This document shows positions 10,899 through 24,464 of a DNA stretch of 64,000 bases, in pieces. Position 1 is the stretch's first letter. Every line of letters begins with the position of its first letter. A program made the translations under genes and the position numbers. Location of the stretch: assembly GCF_001447785.1 (NCBI RefSeq), contig NW_015171620.1:1-64000 (forward strand), given 5' to 3'. The notes under the pieces were generated by a model, which was given only the letters and a program-made list of their open reading frames with translations, was not told where the DNA came from and made no database searches. The DNA is from Gekko japonicus (Eukaryota).

Positions 10899-12669
10899 CA
10901 AGACCTGCAACATTAGTGTCCGAGAAAAAGCTGATATGTTCAATGTGGGATAACAAAGGTTTTGTTCTCCGTTCAGTGTTCCTAACTCCTTTGTGCACTG
11001 GAAGACAAAAACGCGCATTTCCACTAGAATACTATTCAGGTGCTTTTTAAGTAGATATTTTGTAATAGATTCAATAAAATGAATTGTCCATTGTTTCTAA
11101 GGCACTCGCAACTGTATAATTGTTATGCATTCCAGCAAGTGCAATAAAATAATTTTATGTGCAAATCATTATTATTCCTCTATGTGATTGAACTGTAGGT
11201 TATGCTAAGTCATATGTCTCGACATATCACAGAGATGGCTTTACTGTCAGTAACTCAATACGGAATGGTTATTTTCTGAAAATGAGATAACTACTCTTCT
11301 GAGTTTGAAACATGTACTCTCCCATTCTCCCAATGATGCCATTGAGAACACAATGGCATTTGATTGTTTTTTCCCTTTCTTAACAGTTCCATAGGTCCTA
11401 CAAGATGGAGCTCTTTCACCGGGCCTTTAGTTGAGGCAGCGGGCCTCCCCTCCAGTGAAGGCAGGTTTAAAAGACAAATCAAAACAAGAAGGGTGCTGTT
11501 GGAGATAGCTAGAGACTTCAGGTTGCACAGAGAGATACCTGCTGGAATAAGGAGACAGACCCATTTTATAACAGTCAACATTGGCTGCCATTTTGATTCT
11601 GAGTACAATTCAAGGTGCCGGTTTTAATGTTGATAGCTCTTCATGATCGGGGAGTCTCATGCTTGAAAGACAACTTCTAAAGACCCATTCACCAAAATGC
11701 CCCCACCAAACCCTAACCCCACTCGGGACGAAAGCAGCGGCTATGCCTGTCAGTTCAGGCTCCACTTTGAATCCGGCATCTAGGACGATCCCTGGTGCTC
11801 CCTGCGAGTTGCTATGATGCAGGGGACTGGATCAAGCCCCTTGCTACCCACTACCCCTTTCCCCAGGAGAGTTGGGGGTCTCCGATTGGTTAGAAGACAC
11901 TTTTTTGGACTCAGAAGTGCCCAGTGCTCATTCAAGTGATTGTCTGGCCACGCTACAGCCACCAAGTTCCTTTCCTGATGTCATGAAAGAATTTACATGT
12001 TCACTTGTGCATGCTACTTTCTAGTTAGTTTGCTTAGGGCTAATAGAAAAGTCTGCAAATCTTTTGGCGCCAGAGTGTAGATGACAATATGCATAATGAG
12101 CTTAGAGGGAACACTGCCCATAGCATAGGTCATGGTGTCTAGTCTTTACTGCTGAAAATCAGGCCATGAAGTGAGCTGGCTCACGCCAACTCAGCTTAGA
12201 GGGAACACTGGTCATGGTGTCCAGTCTTTACTGCTGAAAATCAGGCCATGAAGACTGAAAAGACGGAAGGATGGAGAATCTTCTAACATATGATTTGATC
12301 CTGGAATCAATTTTAAAAATTGTCCCAAATATTTATAAAGGTCTGGTGTTTGATTACCCCTCTTTACCTCAGTTAACTACCATCAGGGTTTGACTCAACT
12401 GATACCAGTAAAGGGAAAAGGGCAGACCTCATAAGACGGTGTCCTGCACGTGGACCGTAAAAATATGATGTACAATGAAAGCGAAATGAAAGGCAGAGTC
12501 TACTTCCCGTGTGACCACAGTCCGTGTCAAAGGGCAGCTGCTGAGGCCCAAAGATCTCTCCTGGGCCCACTTGCAGAAGCAGAGGAGAGTGGGAGGAAGG
12601 ACTCCGGCTCCATCCTCCTTCCCCCTCCCCTCACAGTCTGGTGCAGGGGATGCAGGAGCAGCTAGCAGC

Positions 12670-12875
12670 CAGTGTTCCCTCTAAGCTGAGTTAGTGTGAG
12701 CTAGCTCACAGGTTTTTAGCCTCTGGCTCACACATTTTTGTCTTAGCTCAGGAAGAATGGCTCCAGAGCAGACTAATTTATGCAGTAGCCAAATCGCTCG
12801 CTCCCAACTTTAATGCCAGTAGCTCACAAAGGAGAATTTTTGCTCACAAGACTCCACAGCTTAGAGGGAACATTG
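12670..12875. mobile_element. ~206-bp hAT MITE (copies: 27545-27750, 29344-29549, 32544-32749, 35047-35252, 38918-39123, 46823-47028, 50238-50444, 52443-52649, partial about 52798-52995)
   Basis: TIR CAGTGTTCCCTCTAAGCTG / CAGCTTAGAGGGAACATTG; 8-bp TSDs ctagcagc, cttacagg, ctggctaa, actatgac, ctggcaac, acacatat, cccacagg. Confidence 0.9.
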
Positions 12876-13704
12876 CTAGCAGCTCTCCTCTCTGGCACCA
12901 GGAAGGCTCCAGCTGCACCTGTGCTCCAGGGCTGCACTTTTTTTGATGGGGAGTGTTGCTTCCGGGAGCCCAACTTAACCTGAGGGCAAACTTGTCACCA
13001 CCATGACTTTGCCCTCACCCTTTTACAGTGAATTTAAAATGCCACATGGCCCTGATATGCCAATAGCTCATAGTGTGGAGCTCTTGAAGAGTTCGGTGCC
13101 GCAAGACCACACCAGATAGAGGCCTTGTGGGTTTTGTTATTGTTTTTTGGGGGGTGCATGACCGAATATATCTGTACATCTTCTACCCCTCAAAACGTAC
13201 ATGGAATTTACAACCACACAGTTGAAAAGTGTGCGCTACTGTCTTGAAAGGAATCAGTGGTGTGTCCCCCTTGGGAGGAGGAGAAGACAGTGCCCTGTCT
13301 CTGATCATCATCTCTGGGTGAGGGAAAAGGTCAGCTCAAGGTTTGTTTCTAGAGCTTCTTGGGACCCTGATGAGATATATAAGCAAGTTCCTTTCCTGAT
13401 GTGCTGGAAGAATTTACATGTTTACTTGTTCAAGCTCATTTTCTAGTTAGTTTGTTTAGAGCCAATAGAAAAGCCTGCACATATCTGGCACCAGAGTGTA
13501 GATGACAATATGCACAATGAGTTAGTATTGGGATTAAAGGTAAAGGTTCCCTTGCTCGAAAGCCAGTCGAATCCGACTCTAGGGTTGCGGTGCTCATCTC
13601 CGTTTCAAAGCCGAAGACTTGTGCATGCTACTTTCTAGTTAGTTTGCTTAGGGCTAATAGAAAAGTCTGCAAATCTTTTGGCGCCAGAGTGTAGATGACA
13701 ATAT

Positions 13705-14240
13705 GCATAATGAGTTAGTATTGGGATTGCTTATTGGCTAATCAATAGATTTGAGGATATCTCAGAGGTGGAGACTCAGGAAACGTCTACTGCCTTTGTT
13801 CTAATCTCTTCCCTGGGGCACGGACACGGGGTTTAGCATTTACAGGGGGAAAAGATGCGGGTTAGAAAGAGCTAGACAGGGTGTTTGTTGTTTTGAACTC
13901 CCAGTTCCCTTTTCCCATGAGCAATTAGTAAAAATTACTTTTTTAAAGCTAATACACACGTGTGCTGCGTTTTTCTTTTCCTCTGCTACACTGTATACCC
14001 AACAGAGGGACACAATCTCAAGGGCCCCCAAAGATTTATCATAAGCATCCAGATGTTGACGCTCATCCATGCCCCCTCTTTCTTTCTAGCAAGCCTGTCG
14101 CATGGAGCACCAAGACTATGGCTGGGCTCCTCAGTAAAAGTACAGGAAGGTGCAAAAGGCTTCCTTCCCTCCCAGTTCTGAAAGACACTTTCTGATGACT
14201 TTTCTACTCGACGGAGCATTGTTTCCAAAGCTATTGAGGT
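13705..14240 (+). promoter_or_regulatory. Putative OR3 promoter plus first exon
   Basis: TCTCAAGGG at 14016, ATTTAT at 14034, donor at 14238/14239. Confidence 0.55.
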
Positions 14241-14384
14241 ACAGTAATGGGAACAATTGCAGACAGCAAAGGAAACAGAAGTGGGACCTTGCTTGGCTGA
14301 CAGAGTCCGGGGGGGGGGGGCCTTTGTGCTTCTTAAAGGATATTATAATGATTTATTATAAAACTGTGGCTGGAAAAGAAGGAT

Positions 14385-15085
14385 TTTCACTAATGAAACT
14401 GAGAGGTCATGAGGTAGTCCAGGATTCTCACCTGCATCCGTAATTTTTACTTACTTGTTCCAGAAAAGTGCTTTCCTCCTATTAGACTTTGCAAATTCCA
14501 GTTTCATTCAAAGACACCCGGCATTCTTTAAGTATGGACACTGTCATATCATTTTCTATGCTACTGGGAAATGCTCTCTGGAAAATGTGTGGAGGTCCCT
14601 GCCTGCCCCCCAAGGAGGGCCTCTCTTTCAGTGCCCTGAACAACTGAAAGGCCAGACATGCTCCCCTCAGAACCCTTCCTGATCACTCACAGGTCTCTGT
14701 GGGGGAAAATGTAAATGTGTTTGGGCCAATAGATTTTGACTAATGAAACTGAGGGGTCATGAAATAGTCCAGGATTCTCAGCTGCATCCATAATTTTTAC
14801 TTACTTGTCCAAGAAAAGAGATTTCCTCCTATTAGACTCTGCAAATTCCAGTTTCATTCAAAGACACCCGGCATTCTTTAAGTATGGACACTGTCATATC
14901 ATTTTCTATGCTATGGGGAAATGAAGTAATTCTGGAAAATGTGTGGTGGTCCCTGCCTGCCCCCAAGGAGGGTCTCTCATTCAGTGCCCTCAACAACTGA
15001 AAGGCCAGACATGCCCCTCACAGAACCCTTCCTGATCACTCACAGGTCTGAGGGGGGGGGATGTAAATGTGTTTGGGCCGATAGA
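14385..15085 (+). repeat. ~350-bp tandem duplication in the putative OR3 intron
   Basis: ctaatgaaactgag...tgtttgggcc.atagatt occurs twice head to tail. Confidence 0.8.
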
Positions 15086-16309
15086 TTGGATTCCCCTCTC
15101 TCCCTTGCTTTCCCCTCCAACACCAGTTTCAGAGCATCCCAGACGATCTAAACTAGTATTTGTATAATTTCATATGGAATAGAAAGTCTGGCTGAAGCTG
15201 ACAATTTCTCTGTCTTCATCTCATGCTTTTTAGGTTCTGGTGGGAGAGTCTTACTCTGTGTGCTCATTTTATACCTGGTGTTACTCTCCCCACAAGTTGC
15301 TTGTAACAAACCAGCCATTTCATGGTGAATTCTGTACACCTAGTTTCTTCTAACGTGTTCTAGAAAATCATGGACACAATCTGCTTTTCAGATCCAATGT
15401 TCTTTGTAAACCTCTCACCTCATTCTAACTGGCAAGTACAAGACATACAGCAGTGCTAGCAATACAGAACGTCTAAAGGTGCTGATGCTGATATAGGAAT
15501 GAATTGTTCCTCAAATGCAGAATTTGGCTGGGTTTGTACATGTTAAATCTATCTTGTTGGTGTCTGCATATTAATACAAGGCATTTGGTTGTTTTGTTGC
15601 TCTGATGGATTTGGGGGCGGGGCTGTAGCTCTGAGGTCGAGCATCTGCTTGGCATGCGGAAGGTTCCGGGCTCAATCCCTGACATCTCCAGCTCAAAAGA
15701 TCAGGTGGTAGAAAGACCTCTGCATAAGATTCTGAAGAGCCCCTGCCAGTCTGAGCAGCCAATAAAGCCCTTGATGATCGATGGTCTGATTCAATATAAG
15801 GCCACTTCATGTGTGTGTTTATGTGTGAGAACGTTTCTCCCTCTGCCCCATTCAGCCACTGTTGCTGTGGAAGTCATGAAATCCTTTCAAATCTCTGAAA
15901 CCTCCAATGGAGGACCTTCAGGCTCGCCAGAACTGCTGTTGTCAATTACTGGGCAGATTACGCTAAAAATAAATAACCATAGACTTATTATGTACTAGTG
16001 AGGTTTGGAGCTGAGATCTTGTGACCATCTCCTAGCAGTAGCATCATTCCTACCCTATGCAGAAGATTACTCGAAGCCCATGTTTTGCTATTATTTTTTA
16101 TATTTCATAATTTATGCGTACCTAGAAGAAAAATGCCTTCTGATGATTAAGTGGCTGTGATCTGAAATGTGGACGGGAGGGGGGGTTGACATCCCCTCTC
16201 TTCCCTAATTGGATGGCATGTCTCTTTGGCATTTCTCTTTCTATGGAGACCAATAGCCAGACAACTACAGTCTATTTTATGCAATGCTAATTCTGTCGTC
16301 TAATTCCAG

Positions 16310-17296
16310 ATGGAGTTCACTAATGGGACAGTTCAGGAATTCATTTTGCTGGGCTTCGAAGTTGGGCAGCTGCAACGACTCCTGCTCCTCGTCTTTTTCA
16401 CTCTTCTTTACATGCTCGCCATGGCTGAGAACATCACCATCATCACACTGGTGGTTCTAGACACCCACCTGGCCCGCCTTCCCATGTACATCCTGCTGAG
16501 CAACTTCTCCTGGCTGGAGATCTGTTATGTGAACACCACTATGCCACGGATGCTCTTAGACCTGGCATTGTCCAACAAGATCATTTCATTCAGCTCCTGC
16601 TTCCTCCAGTTTTACATCTTCTGCTCTCTTGGCAGCACTGAATGCTTCTTCCTCTCTTCTATGGCCTTGGATCGCTACTTGGCCATCTGCCACCCACTGC
16701 GATATCCACAGATCATGTCCCCAAACTTTTGCTATGTCCTAGTCACTGTTTGTTGGGTCCTTGGGTTCCTGGCATACATTGTCCCAGTGACACTGATCTC
16801 CATGATGTCTTACTGTGGCCCCAGCGTCATTGACCATTTTTTGTGTGATCCTGGGCCAATTCTGGCTTTGGCTTGCCCTCCAATACCAAAAGCACCCATC
16901 ATTAGTCAGATTTTCATGGATGTGGTGGTGATCCTAGGCAACATCGTATTTGCTGTGCTGTCCTACGGCTCTGTGATTGTCACCTTGATGAAAAACTCTA
17001 GCAAAGGCAATCGGGCCAAGTCCTTCTCCACCATATCATTCCACTTGTTGGTGGTCACACTTTTCTATGGTCCTTTAGCCGGGATGTATGTAAAGCCAGG
17101 AGAGGCTGACTCCAATGTCACTAAGATAGTCACACTCTGCTACACTGCCATAACACCCTTTCTCAACCCCCTGATTTACTGTCTGAGGAATGATCAGGTG
17201 AAGGAGGCACTGTTCAGGCTATGGAGAAGAAAGGCAGGGTTTTTGAAAAGTAAAATTGAGAGTGCAAAAAAGAGGAAAGGAACAGGAAATAAATAA
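16310..17296 (+). CDS. Olfactory receptor, family 11-like, intact, 328 aa (OR3)
   Basis: Close paralogue of OR1/OR2 with the same OR motifs. Confidence 0.95.
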   Translation: MEFTNGTVQEFILLGFEVGQLQRLLLLVFFTLLYMLAMAENITIITLVVLDTHLARLPMYILLSNFSWLEICYVNTTMPRMLLDLALSNKIISFSSCFLQFYIFCSLGSTECFFLSSMALDRYLAICHPLRYPQIMSPNFCYVLVTVCWVLGFLAYIVPVTLISMMSYCGPSVIDHFLCDPGPILALACPPIPKAPIISQIFMDVVVILGNIVFAVLSYGSVIVTLMKNSSKGNRAKSFSTISFHLLVVTLFYGPLAGMYVKPGEADSNVTKIVTLCYTAITPFLNPLIYCLRNDQVKEALFRLWRRKAGFLKSKIESAKKRKGTGNK

Positions 17297-18520
17297 CAAA
17301 CCATGCAGCTTTAGTGTCCGAGAAAAAGCTGATATGTTCAATGTGGGATAACAAAGGTACTGTTCTTCGTTCAGTGTTCCTGACTCCTTTGTGCACTGGA
17401 AGACAACAGTGCACATTTCCACTAGAATACTATGCAGGTGTCTTTTAAGTATATATTCTGTGATAGATTCAGTAAAACGAATTGTCCATTGTTCTATAAG
17501 GCACTCGCAACTGTATAATTGTTATGCATTCCAGCAAGTGCAATAAAAATAATTGAATGTGGAAATCATTATTATTTCTCTGTGTGATCAAACCATAAGT
17601 AATGCTAATTTATATGTGCAGATGTATCATAGAGATGTTTTACTGTCATTTGCTCAATACGGAATGGTTATTTTCTGAAAATCAGATAACTACTCTTCTG
17701 AGTTTGAAATGTGTACTCTTCCATTCTCCCAACAATGCCAGTGAGAACGTAATGGCATTTGATTGTCTCTTCCCTTTCTTAACAGTTTCGCAGGGCCTGC
17801 AAGATGGAGCTCTTCCACCAGGCCTTTAGTTCAGGCACTGAGCCTCCACTTTGATTTATTTATTCAATTCAATATATACCCTGCCCTACCGTAGGAACTG
17901 GATGGGACCACTCTATTATCTGTTGAAGTACATTGCTGTTTTAGTGTGTTGGTGATTTTACTGATTTTAAATGGATTGTTATAATGTATTTTAATTGTAA
18001 ATCAGCATTCATTGCAGACCTAAGCCTACAATGTGGGGAAGGTAGGCTATAAGTCTAACAAAATAAATAAATAAATAAACACCTGGTGAGGGTAGCGGAG
18101 ATGTCTTGCTGGTTGTATTTCTGCAAGGCTTTCCTCCCTTCCTAACAGACGGAGTCTTCAGACTTGCATTTTCTAGGGTTCCTTGCATCCATACTAAGGA
18201 GTTCGTGCCCTGGGCCAAACTACTTTCCCAAGGGCCATTGCCACAGTCCCTGACACACAAACCATCATAGCCTCCAACGCTTGCCTGTGGAGATGGAGAT
18301 GCAGTGGCTGAAATTACTGTCCAACATTGAGAAGACATCTCGAGGCAGATTCACAATGCCACTGGTTATTCTAACCAGATATATTTCATTACTGTCACCA
18401 TGACCTGGATGACCCAGGCTAGCCTGATCTTTTCAGATTTCTAGGCTGAGCAGAGAGATGGGAGACCTCCAAGGAAGTCCAGGGTCACTATGCAGAGGTA
18501 GGCAACGGCAAACCACCTGC

Positions 18521-18983
18521 ATAAGAACATAAGAGACACCAATGTTGGATCAGGCCAAAGGCCCATCCAGTCCAACACTCTGTGTCACACAGTGGCCAAA
18601 AATACCAGGTGCCATCAGGAGGTCCACCAGTGGGGCCAGGACACTAGAAGCCCTCCCACTGTTGACCCCCCCAAGCACCAAGATGACAGAGCATCACTTG
18701 CCCCAGAGGCCCTATCTATACCTTGTGGCTAATAGCCACTGATGGACCTCTGCTCCATATGCTTATCTAACTCCCTTTTGAAGACGTCCATGCTTGTAGC
18801 CGCCACCACTTCCTGTGGCAGTGAATTCCACGTGTTAATCACTCTTTGAGTGAAGAAGTACTTCCTTTTATCCGTTCTAATCTGACCGCTCAGCAATTTC
18901 ATGGAGTGCCTACGAGTTCTTGTATTGTGAGAAAGGGAGAAAAGTACCTCTTTCTCTACCTGCCCTATCCCATGCATAATCTT
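18521..18983 (-). mobile_element. CR1 LINE 3' end (related pieces at about 990-1165, 48010-48480, 55600-56105 and 63910-64000)
   Basis: ORF2 C-terminus ...RTRRHSMKL...KYFFTQRVINTWNSLPQEVV...FKRELD and a (TTCTTATG)n tail. Confidence 0.9.
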
Positions 18984-19194
18984 GACCTCTGAATGTCTCT
19001 TGCCTTGAAAACCCTATGAGGTTGTTATAAGTTGGCTATGACTTTATGGCATCCATCCTCCCATCCAGATACATATATTGAATCTGAAATCACATTCTTG
19101 TTGTGAGATGGGACCAGAACCATCATAGAGGTTGGGGCAACTGGGTCCCAGGGGAGAAAAAGGTGCCCGGTGGTTGAAACCTAGTCCACATTTT

Positions 19195-19666
19195 TTTTAA
19201 AAAATTTTTTATTGTTTTATTTCATAAAACATATCCAACACCAACACCACCCATCTGCGACTTCCAGGCAATAGAGACAGAAATAAAATTCCATACAGTA
19301 TTATATCACAATCAATCTCAGTACAACTCTATTACTCTATTAACCTTCCATCTTAATCTTATAATCAAATTAACCTCTCAATTTCCTATTAACTGACTAA
19401 TCACCCCAAATTTTTTAAACTTTCCCAAATACCCCGCCATCCTTCTAAACCAGTCCTCCTCCTGTTCATTAACCTTTAACCCATTCATTCTACCTATCTT
19501 CATTGTAAGATACTCTAAAATTATTATATTATTCATTTTATCCCTCCAATGATTAATCGTCAGTTCCTCAGCTTCTTTCCAATTCCTTGCTATCACTTGT
19601 CTTGCTGCTACTAACATCAAATTTATCCATTTACATTCCTCTTTTAACCTTAGCCCTATACCATCC
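19195..19666 (-). mobile_element. 5'-truncated L1-clade LINE
   Basis: ORF2 C-terminus-like AARQVIARNWK...W...IILEYLT, A-rich tail and 18-bp TSD aaacctagtccacatttt (19177-19194 / 19667-19684). Confidence 0.8.
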
Positions 19667-20309
19667 AAACCTAGTCCACATTTTGTCTTAGACTAGCTTT
19701 CTGTATGCAGGAACAGACTTTTGTACGGATCCTATGGCTGCACACCTTCCTTTGGGAGAAACATCTGCATGATAGATTATCCACGGGGTTTTTTTAAAGC
19801 GGGATCTTCTTCTCCCGTGGTTCTGTATAGGAGTAAAAAGGTAAAGGTTCCCTTGCTCGAAAGCCAGTCGAGTCCGACTCTAGGGTTGCGGTGCTCATCT
19901 CCGTTTCAAAGCCGAAGACCCGGCGCTGTCCGAAGACATTTCCAGGGTCATGTGGCTAAACACCGAGGCGCACGGAACGCTGTTACCTTCCCACCGAAGT
20001 GGTACCTATTTATCTACTTGCAATTTCTTGCTTTCGAACTGCTAGGTTGGCAGGAGCTGGAATCAGAGATGGGAGGCTCACTCCGTCATGCGGCACACTC
20101 GGGTCTCAAACTGCTGAACTACTGACCTTCCACAGCCTGCAGTTCAGCGTCTTAACCACTTGAGCCATCGCAGCTCCTGTCTGTGTAGGAGTACCTAATC
20201 CCAATACAAAGACAAATGTCAATCTACTTAAAACGCAGTTCTAAAAGTGCATGTGTTTCACCATGGCAGAGAAAGGCAACCTGTTTCTGAAGTGATGATG
20301 TCTACAGAT

Positions 20310-20536
20310 ACTGTTCTTGAGGGACAGGATCCCAAAGGGCCATCAAAGATTTATCAGAAGCTTTCACACTTCAGTGCTCACCTGTGGCCACTCTCTCCGC
20401 ACAGACAGCCTTTCATGTGCATCACCAGCACCATGGCTGGGCTCAGGAAGGCATACTAGACACCCACCCAAGGTCTGACAGTACAGTTCTGACAACTGGT
20501 CTACTAGATGGAGTGACACTTTCAAAGTATTGAGGT
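20310..20536 (+). promoter_or_regulatory. Putative OR4 promoter plus first exon
   Basis: TCTTGAGGGA at 20315, TCCCAAAGGG at 20330, ATTTAT at 20349, donor GAG|GTATAG at 20534/20535. Confidence 0.5.
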
Positions 20537-22719
20537 ATAGTGATGGGAACAATGACCATAGCAATGGAGACTGATATGGGAACTTGAATGGGGTGGGGGG
20601 TGGAATTAGGCTTCTTAATGGAAATTTCCAGGATGTTTAATAAAATGAGGACCAGAAAGAGAGATTCTTGAAGACTGGGCAAATCATGAATTATTATACG
20701 ATTCTCAGCCGCATCCATATTTTTTACTAAATTGTGAAGCTAAGGTGTTTTTCTTCAGTGAGACCCTAAAAAATTCCAGTTTTGTCCAAAGACATCCTGC
20801 CATCTTGCCCAGAAGCAATCATGGTGTCATACGACTGTTTTTACTACTAGAAAACTGAGTCTCTCTTCCAAATGTATGGAGGCCCCTGCCGTCTCCTAAT
20901 CTTTGTTCAGAATGCTGGACAGCTCTTTTTCAGTCTTCATGTGTTTAATGAGGGAAAATCCAGACCCTTCCCTTTCAAAACACTTCCTGATCATTCACAG
21001 GATTAGGAAAGATCAAAGAAATCAATACAATGCAGACACTATATATCAATATCATTTATAAATAATGTGCAGCTTCTGGTAGATCTTGAGATTGTTCTCT
21101 AAGAGTTTGCTAGGACAAACTTTTTGCCAAATGTAGGAATTACAATTACTGTTCCAGAGACGGGGTATTACTCCTTCTTGCATAACTTTATTAAATAGAT
21201 TTGTCATAAATGTTATGAAGAGTTTGTCCTTTTCATTTAAACACAATGTGTATCAAATTGCTTTGTACCTAAATTCCAGTTCATGTATCTTGGCTAGTAA
21301 GTTAGGGGTTCTGTCTTCTGTCCTTTTCCTTTCCTGTCCTGTCCTGTAATAGGAAGTCAAACTATTACACTTTCCCTGCAATACCAGTTTAAGAGCATCC
21401 CAAACTATGTGTCGGCATCCTTAATTCAAAATAGTTTTCAGTTTATACGCTTAGTTAACAGTAACGAGCAGAGGCTGCAAACCTAAGAAACCCAGAGTTG
21501 TATCTCAAATGTGTGCCATGTATTACTTTTCCCATTCTGCCATGTCTCAGTGGTAGATCATTTGCTTGGTGCACGGAAGGTTCCAGGTTCCATACCCAGC
21601 ATCTCCAGCTAAGAGGACCAGGCAGGAAGTGATGGGGAAGACCCCTGCCTGAGACCCTGGAGAGCCACTGCCAGTCTGAGTAGACAGAACTGAGTTGGAT
21701 GGACCCAGGGTCTGATTCAGTATAAGGCAGCTTCATGTAAGCTTCATGTAAGCTACTGTATCGTATCCTCAACCCAACTAAATACCATGTCCATTTGAAG
21801 CTATCACACTAAAACATTATCAAATTATGACTTCTCTGAAATCCCACACACCCACTTACTTTTTCCTCTTCATCAATATCAAATAGTTGTCATGTCGCAT
21901 TCTCATGGAAACATATTTCCCTATGGTGGATCTAGACAAATCCATACGTTCTGAGTTCACCTTCAATAGAAGAACGCCTTAGATTCCTCCCCACCCATGT
22001 AATTACATTGTGAAGTGTGTAGAATCTATAGATGCATACTGTTTCTCTTTTCGATATGCATTGCTAATATGATTATTTTCTTTGCATTTAATTATTTTAT
22101 CGCTATCCAGTCCATCGATAGGCGCTGCTGTTTTCAGGGGGCTGTGAGATTTGAGTGCAGTTTTCCACTGAAAATGACTATGTTTCACTGCAACTGGTTC
22201 TGCATTCCCATCCTAAAGACATGATGATCCTCTCTCTGTAATATTGTTACATGACATTAGATGGTTCCAGTGAACCAAGTATAGGTTGCAACTTCAACAC
22301 AAAGGTCATATGTGACTTTCATATAAAAGAGACCCTTTGTTCTATTTTCTCGTATGCTATAATACATAAATTTAGCCGTATGCGGTGGCTCAAGAGGTTA
22401 AGACACTGAACTGCAGGCTCTCGAAGGTCGGTAGTTCAGCAGTTCGAGACCCGAGTGTGCCGCATGATGGAGTGAGCTCCCGTCTCTAGTTCCAGCTCCT
22501 GCCAACCTAGCAGTTGGAAAGCAAGAAATCGCAAGTAGATAAATAGGGACCACTTCGGTGGGAAGGTAACAGCGTTCCGTGCACCTTGGCGTTTAGTCAT
22601 GCCGGCCACATGACCACGGAAATGCTGGCTCTTCGGCTTTGACATGAAGATGAGCACCACAACCCTAGAGTCGGACTCGACTGGCTTTTGAGCAAGGGAA
22701 CCTTTACCTTTTACCCTTA

Positions 22720-22920
22720 CCTGGATAGCCCAGACTAGCCCAATCTCATCAGATCTTGGAAGCTGCTAAGCAGGGTCAGCCCTGGTCAGTACTTGGGTTG
22801 GAGACCGCCAGAGAATACCAGGAGGATGATACAGAGGCAGGCAATGGGAAGCCACCTCTGAACATCTCTTGCCTTGAAAACCCTACGGGGTCACCATAAG
22901 TCATCTGACTTGATGGAACT
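22720..22920 (+). mobile_element. 5S rRNA-derived SINE (others at about 590-890, 4770-5340, 18405-19050, 23050-23220, 40795-40925, 51770-51930, 56165-56345)
   Basis: Degenerate 5S internal promoter (atctc.tcagatct.ggaagctaagcaggg...ggttagtacttgg.tgggagacc) joined to an RTE-like tail. Confidence 0.75.
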
Positions 22921-23481
22921 TTCTACCACCGAGGTCTCTCTTGACCTCGTTTTCTTTTTTTCCATTGGGTTACCTATTTACACAGTCCAGGAATTCTTTC
23001 ACTTGATCATCAAGTTGCATTAAACCAGCCAGCTATGTACATATCCAAGTACCATCAAATTGCAAGCAACTTATGGCAACCTCAGCAAAGGGCTTTCGGG
23101 GCAAGCGAGAAGCATTTGCCACCGCCTTCCTCCGCGGATGCTTCCTTGGCGATCTCCCATCTAAGCACCAGCCTTGCCTAACTTCTGAGATCTGATGAGA
23201 CTGGACCATACCATGCCAACTTGAACCCCTTAAACCAGCCACATACAGCATGACGAATAGAGCACAATTATTTTCTTCTGATTGCTTTGTACTGAATATC
23301 ACCAAATCTGTTTCATTACCAGCAATTTCAAATCATAACCCTACAGGACTTGGGGTGGATGTTATATCCTCTTACGCTAACTAAATGGTACGTCACTTGA
23401 GCATTCATCTTTCTATGGAAACAGATAGCCAGGCAACAACAGTATATTGCATGTAAAGATAATTCTGGTATCTAATTCCAG

Positions 23482-24444
23482 ATGGAGTTGGCCAACAGGA
23501 CCACAGTTCAGGAATTCATTTTGCTGGGCTTTGAGGTTGGGCAGCCGCAACGACTCCTGCTCCTTGGCTTTTTCACTCTTCTTTACATGATCACCATGGC
23601 TGAGAACATCACCATCATCACACTGGTGGTTCTGGACACCCACCTGTCCCGGCTTCCCATGTACATCCTGCTGAGCAACTTCTCCTGGCTGGAGATCTGT
23701 TACGTGAGCACCACTGTGCCTCGGATGCTCTTTGACCTGGCCTCGTCCCACAAGACCATCTCCTTCAGTTCCTGCTTCCTCCAGTTTTACATCTTCTTCT
23801 CTCTTGGCAGCACTGAATGCTTCTTCCTCTCAGCCATGGCCTTGGATCGGTACTTGGCCATCTGCCACCCACTGCGATACCCACAGATCATGTCCCCAAA
23901 CTTTTGCTATGCCCTGGTAACTCTTTGTTGGGTCCTTGGCTTCATGACATACATTGTCCCAGTGACACTGATCTCCAAGATGTCCTTCTGTGGCCCTAAT
24001 CTCATTGACCATTTTTTGTGTGATCCTGGACCAATTCTAGCTTTGGCTTGCCCTCCCCTTGCAACTGCTCCTCTCATCAGTCAGATTTTCATGGACGTGT
24101 TGGTGATCCTAGGCAATATCGTGTTCGTTGTGCTATCCTACGGCTCTGTGATTGTCACCCTGGTGAAAAACTCTCGCAAAGGCAACCGGTTAAAATCCTT
24201 CTCCACCATATCGTTTCACTTAATGGTGGTGACTCTTTTCTATGGCCCAGTGGCAGGGCTCTATGTCATGCCAAGTGGAGAAATCAATTCAAGTGTCATT
24301 AAGATAGTAACACTCTGCTATACTGCCATAACACCCTTCCTTAACCCCATGATTTACTGCCTAAGGAATGATCAGGTGAAGGAAGCACTGTGCAGGCTGT
24401 GGAGGAGAAAGGCAATATTTTTTAAGAGAAAGGTGGCAGTGTGA
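23482..24444 (+). CDS. Olfactory receptor, family 11-like, intact, 320 aa (OR4)
   Basis: NRT sequon, PMYILL, MALDRY, DHFLCDPGP, NPMIYCLRN. Confidence 0.95.
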   Translation: MELANRTTVQEFILLGFEVGQPQRLLLLGFFTLLYMITMAENITIITLVVLDTHLSRLPMYILLSNFSWLEICYVSTTVPRMLFDLASSHKTISFSSCFLQFYIFFSLGSTECFFLSAMALDRYLAICHPLRYPQIMSPNFCYALVTLCWVLGFMTYIVPVTLISKMSFCGPNLIDHFLCDPGPILALACPPLATAPLISQIFMDVLVILGNIVFVVLSYGSVIVTLVKNSRKGNRLKSFSTISFHLMVVTLFYGPVAGLYVMPSGEINSSVIKIVTLCYTAITPFLNPMIYCLRNDQVKEALCRLWRRKAIFFKRKVAV

Positions 24445-24464
24445 AAAGGATGGTTTCAGGTGGG

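Larger units (their letters stand above)
1340..17850 (+). repeat. Three recent tandem OR duplication units (about 1.3-5.7 kb, 6.6-11.7 kb and 12.1-17.85 kb)
   Basis: Long colinear non-coding similarity both upstream and downstream of OR1, OR2 and OR3. Confidence 0.85.
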
